64,000 nt of DNA from Dehalococcoidia bacterium. Its GTDB lineage: Bacteria; Chloroflexota; Dehalococcoidia; UBA2979. A model generated the notes under the pieces. That model was not told the origin of the DNA. It did not search any database and was given only the letters and a program-made list of their open reading frames with translations. This document shows positions 9,757 to 18,399 of the stretch, piece after piece. How positions within the stretch are numbered: the first letter of the stretch is position 1; the number at the start of each line of letters is the position of its first letter. The position numbers and the translations under genes are program-made. The DNA lies in assembly GCA_964291495.2 (NCBI GenBank), contig OZ219872.1, forward strand, positions 512,001 to 576,000, written 5' to 3'.

Positions 9757-11154
9757 TCAGTCCTCGTCGTCGTAGAACTCCTCCGGCATGAGCACGAACT
9801 CGGGGTAGGCCTCGAGGCCGAGCTCGCCTGCGTCCTGGCCGAGCCGTTCGACCTCGGGGGGGACGCGGACGCTCAGCGTCCGTGCCAGCACCTGCCAGAG
9901 CAGCCACGAGGTCGTGAACACGAACGCGCCGACGGCCAGCACGCCGACCAGCTGCACCCCGAGGTCGGCCCCAGCCACGATCGAGGCGGCGAGCGTGCCC
10001 CAGATGCCGGCGAAGAGGTGCGCCGGCACCGCGCCGACCACGTCGTCGAGCTGCAGCCGCTCGAACAGCTTGAGGCCGGCCGTACAGATCACCCCGCCGA
10101 TCGCGCCGATGATCACCGCCCAGTAGTGCTCGGTGATGTCCGGCCCCGCCGTAATCGAGACCAACCCGGCGATCGCGCCGTTGAGCCCGGCGAAGAGGTC
10201 CATGCGGTCGAGGATGTAGCGCGAGACGGCGAGGGCGGCCATCACACCGGCCGCCGCCGCGAGGTTCGTGTTGACCAGCACATGGCTCATCGCCACCGCA
10301 TCGGAGGCGCTGCCGAGGGCGAGCTGCGATCCGCCGTTGAACCCGAACCAGCCGAACCAGAGGATGAAGACGCCGAGCGTCACCACCAGGATGTTCGAAG
10401 GCGGCGTCGGCCGCGGCGTCCCGTCGCGGCGGAACTTGCCGAGCCTCGGACCGACCACGAGGATCCCCGCGAGCGCCGCCCAGCCGCCGACGCCGTGCAC
10501 GATGGTGGAGCCGGCGAAGTCCTCGAACCCCAGCTCGTCCAGCCAGCCGCCGCCCCACGTCCACGCGCCGACGATCGGGTAGATCAGCGCGGTGAGCACC
10601 AGCGTGAAGAGGAAGAACGTCCACATCTTGACGCGCTCGGCCAGCGCGCCCGAGACGATCGAGGCCGCCGTCGCCACGAACACCATCTGGAAGAACCAGT
10701 CGGACATCGTCGAGTAGTTGTTTTCCGTCACGAGCGCGACGGAGTCGCCCCCGCCGCCGACGAGCGCGATCTCCTCGGAGGTCGGGCCGTAGAGCAGGTT
10801 GAAGGAGCCGACCACCCCGCCGACGATGTCGACGTACATCAGGTTGTAGCCGATGAAGAAGTAGGCGAGCCCCGCGATCGAGTAGAGGCCGATGTTCTTG
10901 AGGCAGATCATCGAGGCGTTCTTCGTGCGCACCGAGCCCGACTCGAGCATCGTGAACCCGGCGCACATCCACATCACGAGCGCGCCCCAGACGAGGAACG
11001 AGAACGTGTTGAGGATGAACGCGGCCTCGGCGCCGATCTCGGCCTGCTGGGCATGGGCCTTACCGGACATCAGCAGGAACAGCACCAGCGCGAGGACGCC
11101 CGAAGCCGCCAGGATGGCGGCGGGGCGGCGCTTCGAGAGGATCGTGACGAGCAT
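9757..11154 (-). CDS. amtB: Ammonium transporter
   Basis: DFAGSTIVH, LWFGWFGFNGGS and DDVVGAVPAH motifs; GAGGAGG RBS before ATG 11154. Confidence 0.96.
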   Translation of the reverse strand: MLVTILSKRRPAAILAASGVLALVLFLLMSGKAHAQQAEIGAEAAFILNTFSFLVWGALVMWMCAGFTMLESGSVRTKNASMICLKNIGLYSIAGLAYFFIGYNLMYVDIVGGVVGSFNLLYGPTSEEIALVGGGGDSVALVTENNYSTMSDWFFQMVFVATAASIVSGALAERVKMWTFFLFTLVLTALIYPIVGAWTWGGGWLDELGFEDFAGSTIVHGVGGWAALAGILVVGPRLGKFRRDGTPRPTPPSNILVVTLGVFILWFGWFGFNGGSQLALGSASDAVAMSHVLVNTNLAAAAGVMAALAVSRYILDRMDLFAGLNGAIAGLVSITAGPDITEHYWAVIIGAIGGVICTAGLKLFERLQLDDVVGAVPAHLFAGIWGTLAASIVAGADLGVQLVGVLAVGAFVFTTSWLLWQVLARTLSVRVPPEVERLGQDAGELGLEAYPEFVLMPEEFYDDED

Positions 11155-11238
11155 GGCGGCCTCCTCAGCTACTGCGCGCGCTGGGGAGGTGACGGCGATC
11201 GGGGCGCGGCCTCCGATCACGTCTCCGCGACGACGGCC

Positions 11239-11244
11239 ATTATA
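11239..11244 (-). promoter_or_regulatory. -10 element (TATAAT) upstream of amtB
   Basis: Perfect TATAAT in GC-rich intergenic DNA. Confidence 0.55.
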
Positions 11245-11283
11245 GGGATCGCGACACGGTATCGGGATGCGCCGGGTAGGCCA

Positions 11284-12135
11284 TCATGCCGGGCCGGCCA
11301 GCCGGCGCAGCACCTCGTCGTGCAGGCGTCCGTTCGAGGCGACGCGCGCTCCGGCGCCCTCCGACGGGCCGCCCTCGGCGTCGGTGATGCGGCCGCCCGC
11401 CTCCTCGACGATCGGGATCAGCGCCGCGACGTCCCACGGGTGCAGGTCGACGCCGTCGAGCATCACGTCGGCGGCGCCCTCGGCGACGAGGCAGAAGCCC
11501 CAGAAGTCGCCGAGCCCGCGCACGCGCCAGGCCTCGCCGAGCAGCGCCCGCGCCCCCGGCCAGCGCTCGAGGGTGGCGAGCGTCTCGCCGTAGACCAGCT
11601 GCGCCTCGGCGATCGTTTCGGCCTCGGAGACGCGGATGCGCTCGCCCGCGCCGCGCGCGCCCGTCGCGCCCCGGTAGGCGCCGAGCCCGCTGCCCGCCCA
11701 CCAGCGCGTCCCGAGCGCGGGCGCGGAGACGACGCCGACCTCGATGCTGCCGCCGCGCTCGCAGGCGATCAGCGTCCCCCAGACGGGGATGCCACGCATG
11801 TAGTTGTGGGTCCCGTCGATCGGGTCGAGGATCCAGCGCGCCTCGGCGTCCTCGGCTGCCTCTCCGCCCTGCTCCTCGCCGAGGACGGCGTGTGCCGGGT
11901 AGCGCTCGGCGATCCGATCGCGCAGCAGCGCCTCGATCTCGCGGTCGGCGGGCGTCACGTACGTCCCGTCCGCCTTGCGCTCGATGGCGTGCTCGCCTCG
12001 ATAGTCCCGCATCGCGATCGCGTCGGCGGCGTCCGCCAGCTCGAGGCCGAAGGCGAGGATGTCGGCTGTGGGATCAGTGGAGATAGCGGTCAGCCTTCCA
12101 ACAGCGTGAAGTGCGGCTTCTTCCCTCGACCCCAC
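11284..12135 (-). CDS. hisN: Histidinol-phosphatase, inositol monophosphatase family (start uncertain, may be near 12093)
   Basis: VTPADREIE, LGEE, WILDPIDGT and WDVAA motifs; last gene of the his cluster. Confidence 0.85.
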   Translation of the reverse strand: MGSREEAALHAVGRLTAISTDPTADILAFGLELADAADAIAMRDYRGEHAIERKADGTYVTPADREIEALLRDRIAERYPAHAVLGEEQGGEAAEDAEARWILDPIDGTHNYMRGIPVWGTLIACERGGSIEVGVVSAPALGTRWWAGSGLGAYRGATGARGAGERIRVSEAETIAEAQLVYGETLATLERWPGARALLGEAWRVRGLGDFWGFCLVAEGAADVMLDGVDLHPWDVAALIPIVEEAGGRITDAEGGPSEGAGARVASNGRLHDEVLRRLAGPA

Positions 12136-12875
12136 GCGGATTCAACAAACGCTCGGCAGCGCTCACCGAGCCGCTCAGCATGTTCAGGAGCGGGCACCAC
12201 CAAGTAAGTGCGCGATGTGCCACGGTGGTACCGCAGGGCCATCACGTTCTGGCGTCGCGACAGCCGGAAGTGCCGACGCAGGGCCTCCATACGATTCTCG
12301 ACTTGGATCTCCACCGTCTGTCCCTTAACGCTTCGAGAGGAGTGGTGGTACACGATGATGCTCCGTCCCGCTTCCCAATGTGGTTGGAGATCGTGGTAGT
12401 AGGCGTACTTCCTGCCGTCATTGTTGCCGCTCCCACCCACGGCCACGGGCCCGACGCTTGGGATCTCAAGACCCGTGTTGGGATCAGCGAAGACGACCTG
12501 GGCGTCGGTCACTCTCTCGAAGCCATCGGCGAGCCACTTACTCCGCTTCTGCTCCCTCTCTCCCCATGGATCGTTCGGCGTTATGTCTAATTCTTGAGAG
12601 AAACACACGGTTCCATACGGCAGGGCGTCGCTCGCCTCTACTGCCGCAATGGTCCGCTTGCCTTGCACGATCGCCCGCATCGCTCGAAAGAGTTGTGGGT
12701 TGCAGCGCTCGAAGTCATCGCTGCGTGGCGGCTGAAGGTAGTCGACATCGTTACCGCCATCGCACGACTCAAACCGGTACCACAGCACGCCAAGGCGGAG
12801 GTCGTCGCCGCACAGAGCGCGGAGCAACCCATACTTGCCGAAGTCGCCGACATCTCCGGCGTAGCAGTCCTGCAT
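12090..12875 (-). CDS. Hypothetical protein, possible SAM-dependent methyltransferase-like fold
   Basis: Starts MQDCYAGDVGDFGKYGLLRAL with ATG overlapping the methylase stop (TGATG). Contains VVFADPNTG and is visibly less GC-rich. Confidence 0.7.
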   Translation of the reverse strand: MQDCYAGDVGDFGKYGLLRALCGDDLRLGVLWYRFESCDGGNDVDYLQPPRSDDFERCNPQLFRAMRAIVQGKRTIAAVEASDALPYGTVCFSQELDITPNDPWGEREQKRSKWLADGFERVTDAQVVFADPNTGLEIPSVGPVAVGGSGNNDGRKYAYYHDLQPHWEAGRSIIVYHHSSRSVKGQTVEIQVENRMEALRRHFRLSRRQNVMALRYHRGTSRTYLVVPAPEHAERLGERCRAFVESAWGRGKKPHFTLLEG

Positions 12876-13747
12876 CAGCCCGTGACCCCCTCCGCGAAGA
12901 CGACGCCGTCGCAGGCGGCGAAGCGGCGGCGCATCACCTCGAACGCCTCCGGCGAGCTGTCGGCGAGGACGAAGCGGCGGCCGTGGCGCAGCGCCGCCTC
13001 GCCCGTCGTGCCGCTGCCCGCGACGAAGTCGCAGACCAGGCCGCCTGGCGGCGAGGAGGCGCGCACGATCCGCTCGAGCACGCCGATCGGCTTCTGCGTC
13101 GGGTAGCCCAGCTTCTCCTTGCCCGTCGGGCTCACGATCGTGTGCCACCAGGTGTCGGTCGGCAGCTTGCCGCGCGCCGCCTTCTCCGGGCCCACGAGGC
13201 CGGGCGCCATATAGGGGATGCGCTCGATGTCCTCGACGTTGAAGAGATTGCGGGAGGCGTCCTTCGCGTAGAAGAGGATGTTGTCGTGCTTCGCCGGCCA
13301 GCGCCGCTTCGGCCGCGCGCCGTAGTCGTAGGCCCAGATGATCTCGTTGACGAAGTTGACACGACCGAAGATCCGGTCCGCCAGCACCTTCGCGTAGTGC
13401 ACCTCGCGGTAGTCGAGGTGCAGGTAGAGGCTGCCCGAAGGCGCCAGCACCCGCTGCGCCTCGACGAGGAACGGCTCGAGGAAGCCGAGGTAGTCGTCGC
13501 GGGCGTCCTCGAAGGAGCGGCTGCCCAGCCGCGCGGTCTCGTAGCGCCGCCCGCCGAAGCCGCTGCGGTCGCCCTCACCGTCCTCGACACGGCGCGTGCG
13601 CAGCTGCTCGCGCGTCTGCCGCCTGCCGGTGTTGAACGGCGGGTCGAGGTAGACGAGGTCGACGCTCTCGTCCTCGAGGGTGCGCGCGACCGCCACGCCG
13701 TCGGCACAGTGCACGACGCCGCGCGGCGCGGCAGGATTGCTGCTCAC
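12875..13747 (-). CDS. Site-specific DNA methyltransferase (N6-A/N4-C, beta class)
   Basis: Catalytic YLDPPF precedes YPTQKP and the SAM-binding DFVAGSGTT. Confidence 0.92.
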   Translation of the reverse strand: MSSNPAAPRGVVHCADGVAVARTLEDESVDLVYLDPPFNTGRRQTREQLRTRRVEDGEGDRSGFGGRRYETARLGSRSFEDARDDYLGFLEPFLVEAQRVLAPSGSLYLHLDYREVHYAKVLADRIFGRVNFVNEIIWAYDYGARPKRRWPAKHDNILFYAKDASRNLFNVEDIERIPYMAPGLVGPEKAARGKLPTDTWWHTIVSPTGKEKLGYPTQKPIGVLERIVRASSPPGGLVCDFVAGSGTTGEAALRHGRRFVLADSSPEAFEVMRRRFAACDGVVFAEGVTG

Positions 13748-13754
13748 GGCGCCG

Positions 13755-14513
13755 TCACGCCGTCAGCGTGCCCTTGGTGCTCGGCACCTCGCCGGCGATG
13801 CGCGGATCGCGGCGGGTGGCGGCATCGAGGGCGCGCCCGAGCGCCTTGAAGGCGGCCTCGGCGATGTGGTGGTCGTTCGCCCCGGCGAGCTGGCGCACGT
13901 GCAGCGCGCAGCGCGCGCCCTGCGAGAACGACTGCAGGGCGTGGCCGATCATCTCCGTCGGCGCCTGGCCGATTCGCTCGCCGCCCCAGTCGAAATCGAT
14001 CGCGGCGTAGGGGCGGCCGGAGCAGTCGATCACCGCCTGCACCAGCGCCTCGTCGAGCGGAACCGTCGCGTCGCCCATGCGCACGAGGCCCGAGCGGTCG
14101 CCCAGCGCCTCGTCGACGGCGGCGCCGAGCGCGAGCGCGCAGTCCTCCATCGTGTGGTGCTCGTCGACGTGCAGGTCGCCCTCGCAGCGCAGCTCGAGGT
14201 CGAAGCGTCCGTGCTTGGCGAACGCCTCGAGGACGTGGTCGTAGAAGCCCACGCCGGTCGCGATCCCGGCGCGGCCGGTCCCGTCGATGTCGATCTCGAC
14301 GTGGATGCGCGTCTCCGCGGTGATGCGGTCGACGACGGCGCGGCGCTCGCCATCCTCGAGGTCGCGCTTGACGCGCTTGAGGTTGGTGTTGATCGCCTGG
14401 CGGGTCACGCCGAGCTCCTCGGCGAGCCGGGTCTGGCCGCCGAGCACGTCGAGCTCGCCCGCCTCGAAGGCCTCGCGTACGCGCAGATAGGTCTCGCTCT
14501 TGATCTCGACCAT
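13755..14513 (-). CDS. hisB: Imidazoleglycerol-phosphate dehydratase with N-terminal HTH extension
   Basis: DEHHTMED, NDHHIAEAAFKA and PSTKG motifs; extra ~55 aa includes QTRLAEELGVTRQAINTNLKRV. Confidence 0.95.
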   Translation of the reverse strand: MVEIKSETYLRVREAFEAGELDVLGGQTRLAEELGVTRQAINTNLKRVKRDLEDGERRAVVDRITAETRIHVEIDIDGTGRAGIATGVGFYDHVLEAFAKHGRFDLELRCEGDLHVDEHHTMEDCALALGAAVDEALGDRSGLVRMGDATVPLDEALVQAVIDCSGRPYAAIDFDWGGERIGQAPTEMIGHALQSFSQGARCALHVRQLAGANDHHIAEAAFKALGRALDAATRRDPRIAGEVPSTKGTLTA

Positions 14514-14591
14514 TGGGCTGCCCTTCCGGTTCGCCCGATCAGCGTATGGCCTGCGTCAAATTGTGTCTACTCTTAGGTGTGATTGGCAGAT

Positions 14592-14614
14592 TGACGTACT
14601 ATTACTCTACGTCA
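14592..14614. promoter_or_regulatory. Palindrome TGACGTA-N9-TACGTCA, candidate operator upstream of hisB
   Basis: Perfect 7-bp inverted repeat inside an AT-rich ~140-bp intergenic region. Confidence 0.5.
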
Positions 14615-14655
14615 GCAGTGAACGGGTGACTCAGTCGCCGGCGGCGGAGGTTCGT

Positions 14656-14856
14656 CTAGGCGGTTTCGAATTGCAGGGCCGAGAGGTTGACATCAGATGA
14701 ACGCTCAGAGAGGCGCAGCATCTCGACGCCGACGACTTCGTTCGCCTCGTTGTAGTCGAGCACGACGCCCGGCGAGACTTCCTCGGACTCGACGATGGCC
14801 GAGTCGTCGAGGCGGAGGTAGAGAGCATCGGCCTCTTTGTCCACGCGCAGCTTCAC
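14656..14856 (-). CDS. DUF2283-like putative antitoxin
   Basis: MKLRVDKEADALYLRL...VVLDYNEANEVVGVEML; GTG overlaps the upstream stop. Confidence 0.85.
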   Translation of the reverse strand: MKLRVDKEADALYLRLDDSAIVESEEVSPGVVLDYNEANEVVGVEMLRLSERSSDVNLSALQFETA

Positions 14857-15104
14857 AGTTGGCCCCTCATGGCTCGATCGAAGAATACGCTCACGACCCG
14901 CCACGGCACAACGCGAGTATTGACCGCCACGCGCAGCACCCGGTCGTCGCGCTCTGGTATACCCGCGAAGAAGCGCTCCACTTCAGGGTCATGCGCGTCG
15001 TGCGTTCTCAACTCTGGCGCCGCCACGACGCGCTCGGCCCACTCGATAGGAATCCTCCGCTCCGCCAGGGCGTCCAGCGCGTGCCGTGTGAACGACAGTC
15101 TCAT
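14853..15104 (-). CDS. DUF4258-like (RelE/BrnT-fold) putative toxin
   Basis: MRLSFTRHALDALAERRI...RVLRVAVN...VVSVFFDR; paired with the DUF2283-like gene. Confidence 0.8.
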   Translation of the reverse strand: MRLSFTRHALDALAERRIPIEWAERVVAAPELRTHDAHDPEVERFFAGIPERDDRVLRVAVNTRVVPWRVVSVFFDRAMRGQL

Positions 15105-15123
15105 GACGCCTGCGGCTGCACGT

Positions 15124-16290
15124 TCACCGCGCCCCGCCCTCCACCTCCCGGCGCGCCTCGGACAGGGCCGCGAGCAGGCGCTCGCTGTCCTCGGAAGTGC
15201 CGGCGGAGATGCGGACGTGGTCGCGCAGGCGCTCGTGGCCGAAGAAGCGCACGAAGACGCCGCGCCGCGCCAGCGCCTCGCGCAGCGCCGCGCCGCTGCC
15301 AAAGGCGAGGCGACAGAGCAGGAAGTTGGCCTGCGAGGGCACAGGCTCCAGCCAGCCGCCCGCGCGCAGCTCGGCCGCCAACCGGTCGCGCTCGCCGGCG
15401 ATCTCGCAGGCGCGCTCGTCGAGCAGCAGCGCATCCTCGAGCGAGGCGAGCGCGGCCGCCTCGGCGGCGGTGCTGACGCCGTAGGGCTGCTTGCACTGCA
15501 TCAGCAGCGAGGCGACCGGGGCCGGCATCACGCCGTAGCCGACGCGCAGCCCGGCGAGACCGGCCCACTTGCTGAACGTGCGCAGCACGATCAGCGGCGC
15601 CTCGCCAGGTCTGCCGTCCTCGGCGGCGCGGTCCGCGAGGCTTGGCGATCCGCTGTGCCCGCCCTCGCGCCCGCTCGCGAACTCCACGTAGGCCTCGTCG
15701 ATCACGACGATCGCGCCGCTTGTGCGCAGGCGCTCGGCGGCGCCGGGCGGCAGCAGCCCGCCCGTCGGGTTGTTGGGCGAGGGCAGGAAGACCGCCTTCG
15801 CGCCCTCGCAGGCCGCGGCGAGGCCATCGAGGTCCACCGACCAGTCGTCGCGCCTGGGCACGTCGACGAGCTCCGCGCCGGCGATCTCCGCGCCGAAGGG
15901 ATACATCCCGAAGGTCGGCGAGGCGATCACGACGCGGTCGCCAGCCTCGACGAAGATGCGGAAGACGAGGTCGATGATCTCGTCGGCGCCGGCGCCGGCG
16001 ACGATGCACTCCGGCGACACGCCGTGCCGCGCGCCGAGGGCGTCGCGCAGCCTTCGCTGCTCCGGGTCCGGGTAGCGGTGCGCCGCGTAGCCCCCGGCCA
16101 GCGCCTCGAGGGCGTGTGGCGAGGGGCCGTAGGGGTTCTCGTTGCCGTCGAGCTTGACGATCGCCTCGGGCGCGACGCCGTAGCGGGCGGCGACCTGCTC
16201 CGGCGGGTCGATCGGCTCGTAGCCGCGCAGCGAGCGCAGTGGCGGGCGCAGCGCGCCCTCGAGGTCGAAGCTCGCGGAGTCCGTCATCAC
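15124..16290 (-). CDS. hisC: Histidinol-phosphate aminotransferase
   Basis: KLDGNENP, SPNNPTG, DEAY and RTFSKWAGLAGLRVGY motifs. Confidence 0.96.
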   Translation of the reverse strand: MMTDSASFDLEGALRPPLRSLRGYEPIDPPEQVAARYGVAPEAIVKLDGNENPYGPSPHALEALAGGYAAHRYPDPEQRRLRDALGARHGVSPECIVAGAGADEIIDLVFRIFVEAGDRVVIASPTFGMYPFGAEIAGAELVDVPRRDDWSVDLDGLAAACEGAKAVFLPSPNNPTGGLLPPGAAERLRTSGAIVVIDEAYVEFASGREGGHSGSPSLADRAAEDGRPGEAPLIVLRTFSKWAGLAGLRVGYGVMPAPVASLLMQCKQPYGVSTAAEAAALASLEDALLLDERACEIAGERDRLAAELRAGGWLEPVPSQANFLLCRLAFGSGAALREALARRGVFVRFFGHERLRDHVRISAGTSEDSERLLAALSEARREVEGGAR

Positions 16291-17642
16291 AGTCCCTCCA
16301 GCCTGCGCTCGATCGAGCGCGCGTGGCCGGTCAGCCCCTCGGCGCGGGCGAGCCGCGCGGCGTGCGGCCCGAGCTCGCCGAGGGCGCCCTCCGGCAGCGC
16401 GATCACGGAACTGACCTTGAGGAAGTCGAGCACGGAGAGCGGAGAGGCGTAGCGCGCCGACCCGCCCGTCGGCATGACGTGGCTCGGCCCCGCGACGTAG
16501 TCGCCGAGCACCTCGGGCGAGTGATCGCCGACGAAGACGCCGCCCGCTGCGGTGATCAGCGGCGCGATCGCCTCCGGCTCGCGCGTCAGCAGGCAGAGGT
16601 GCTCCGGCGCGAACTCGTTGGCGAGCGCCACCGCCTCCTCGACGCCGTCCGCGACGACCGCGCCTCCGCCCTCGACGGCCGCGCGCGCGATCGCGCCCCG
16701 CTCGAGGTCCTCGAGCTGCCGCTCGACCTCGGCCTGCACCGCCTCGGCGTGCGCGCGCGAGGTGGTGATCAGCACCGGCCTTGCGAGCGTGTCGTGCTCG
16801 GCCTGCGCCAGCAGGTCGGCGGCGCAGAGGTCGGGCGCGGCCTCCTCGTCGGCGAGCACGAGCGTCTCCGTGGGCCCGTAGATCGCATCGATGCCGACCT
16901 CGCCGAAGAGCTGCTGCTTGGCGAGCGTCACGAAGACGTTGCCCGGGCCGAAGATCTTGTCGACGCGCGGGACCGTCTCCGTGCCCAGCGCCAGCGCCGC
17001 GATCGCCTGCGCGCCCGAGGCGCGGAAGACGCGCCGCACCCCGGCCAACTCGGCCGCCACCAGCTTCAGTGGGTGCACGCTGCCGTCCTCGCGCGCTGCC
17101 GTCAGGCCGATCCGCTCCGGCACGCCCGCGACGAGTCCGGGCAGCGCCGTGTGCAGCACCGAGGAGGGCAGCACCGCCACGCTGCCGGTCATGTAGATGC
17201 CGGCCCGCGCGATCGGCTGCACCGTCATGCCCACGCCGTCCTCGAGGAAGGAGCGCGGGCCGTGCGCGAGCTGGCGCTCGTGGTAGTGGCGCACGCGATC
17301 GGCGGCGAAGCGCAGCGAGTCAAGCAGCTCGCCCGGCGTCTCCGCGAACGCGGCCTCGATCTCCTCGCGCGTCACCTCGAGCGGTGCGTCCGCGGATCCG
17401 TCGAAGCGCTGCGAGAAGGCGCGCACCGCCGCGTCGCCCTCCTCGCGCACGCGGGCGATGATCCGCGCCACTACCTCGGAGGCGCTCAGGTCCGCGCCGA
17501 AGGTCTCGCGGATCGAGGCGCGCACGGGCGGCGGCAGCGCGGGGTCGCCGAGCGGGTCGCGCCGCAGCACGCTCGCACGGGCGGCCTCGGCGCCCTGGAC
17601 GATGCGCAGTGCGGGTCCGGATGCGGGCGTGGTGGCAGCCAT
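16287..17642 (-). CDS. hisD: Histidinol dehydrogenase
   Basis: GPGNVFV, DLLAQAEHD, APEHL and GDYVAGPSHVMPT motifs; ATG 17642 overlaps the upstream stop. Confidence 0.96.
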   Translation of the reverse strand: MAATTPASGPALRIVQGAEAARASVLRRDPLGDPALPPPVRASIRETFGADLSASEVVARIIARVREEGDAAVRAFSQRFDGSADAPLEVTREEIEAAFAETPGELLDSLRFAADRVRHYHERQLAHGPRSFLEDGVGMTVQPIARAGIYMTGSVAVLPSSVLHTALPGLVAGVPERIGLTAAREDGSVHPLKLVAAELAGVRRVFRASGAQAIAALALGTETVPRVDKIFGPGNVFVTLAKQQLFGEVGIDAIYGPTETLVLADEEAAPDLCAADLLAQAEHDTLARPVLITTSRAHAEAVQAEVERQLEDLERGAIARAAVEGGGAVVADGVEEAVALANEFAPEHLCLLTREPEAIAPLITAAGGVFVGDHSPEVLGDYVAGPSHVMPTGGSARYASPLSVLDFLKVSSVIALPEGALGELGPHAARLARAEGLTGHARSIERRLEGL

Positions 17643-18397
17643 CAGAGTCTCGGCAGGTACTCGCGGAGGCGCTCGGCGGCCAGCTCGGTCGCCTCCTCGA
17701 GGTAGCGCGCGACCTCCTGCTCGGTGACGTGTGAGAGCGACTCCTGGATCAGCCCGCCCGGGTTCTGCGCGACCTCCTCGACCTCCTCCTCGCTGAAGCC
17801 GCCGCGCCGCAGGTGAATCTGCATCACCCGCGGGAAGCGCTCCCAGTCCGGGCGCTGGTAGGTGATCCCGCGCGTGAAGTCGCGCCACTCCGGCCACAGC
17901 CGCGACTCGATGAACCCGACGGCGATCGCCGCCTCGGTCGCGTCGATGGCGGTGCGGATCTCGGTGAGGGCGGCGTCGTCCTCCAGCTCGCGGCGGTTCA
18001 TCTCGTACTGCAGGGCGCGATCCAGCACGTTCGCGCGCAGGTCGCCGCCGAGGGACGAGCGCTCGCCGAAGAAGCGGCGGTAGACGCTCTGGATGTAGTG
18101 CTCGTCCATCAGCAGGTGCGTCACGTAGCCCGCCACGAACGCCCTCGTGCTCTCGTTGAGGCCGGCGACGTCCCGCAGGTCCGGGTGCTCCTCGAACATG
18201 CGCGCCACCGAGTCCTGCTGCTCGAAGTCGTCGAGCTCGAAGAAGTGCGTGAGGCGGCGGTCGACGCGCAGCAGCACGCGGATGTCCGGCGCCGTCGATC
18301 CCATGTAGTAGGACCCGCGATCGGCGTCGATGTACGGGTGGCCGAGGCGGTCGGCCAGCCCGTAGGCGCTGGCGAGGTGTGATCCCAGTGAGGGCAC
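17642..18397 (-). CDS. Zinc-dependent phospholipase C/S1-P1-fold family protein
   Basis: MPSLGSH...GSTAPD...THFF...GYVTHLLMD pattern. Confidence 0.75.
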   Translation of the reverse strand: MPSLGSHLASAYGLADRLGHPYIDADRGSYYMGSTAPDIRVLLRVDRRLTHFFELDDFEQQDSVARMFEEHPDLRDVAGLNESTRAFVAGYVTHLLMDEHYIQSVYRRFFGERSSLGGDLRANVLDRALQYEMNRRELEDDAALTEIRTAIDATEAAIAVGFIESRLWPEWRDFTRGITYQRPDWERFPRVMQIHLRRGGFSEEEVEEVAQNPGGLIQESLSHVTEQEVARYLEEATELAAERLREYLPRL

Positions 18398-18399
18398 GG

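Noticed and set aside
7644-9828. Diversity-generating retroelement TR/VR pair
   Set aside because: Mismatches are not adenine-specific and no reverse transcriptase is present.
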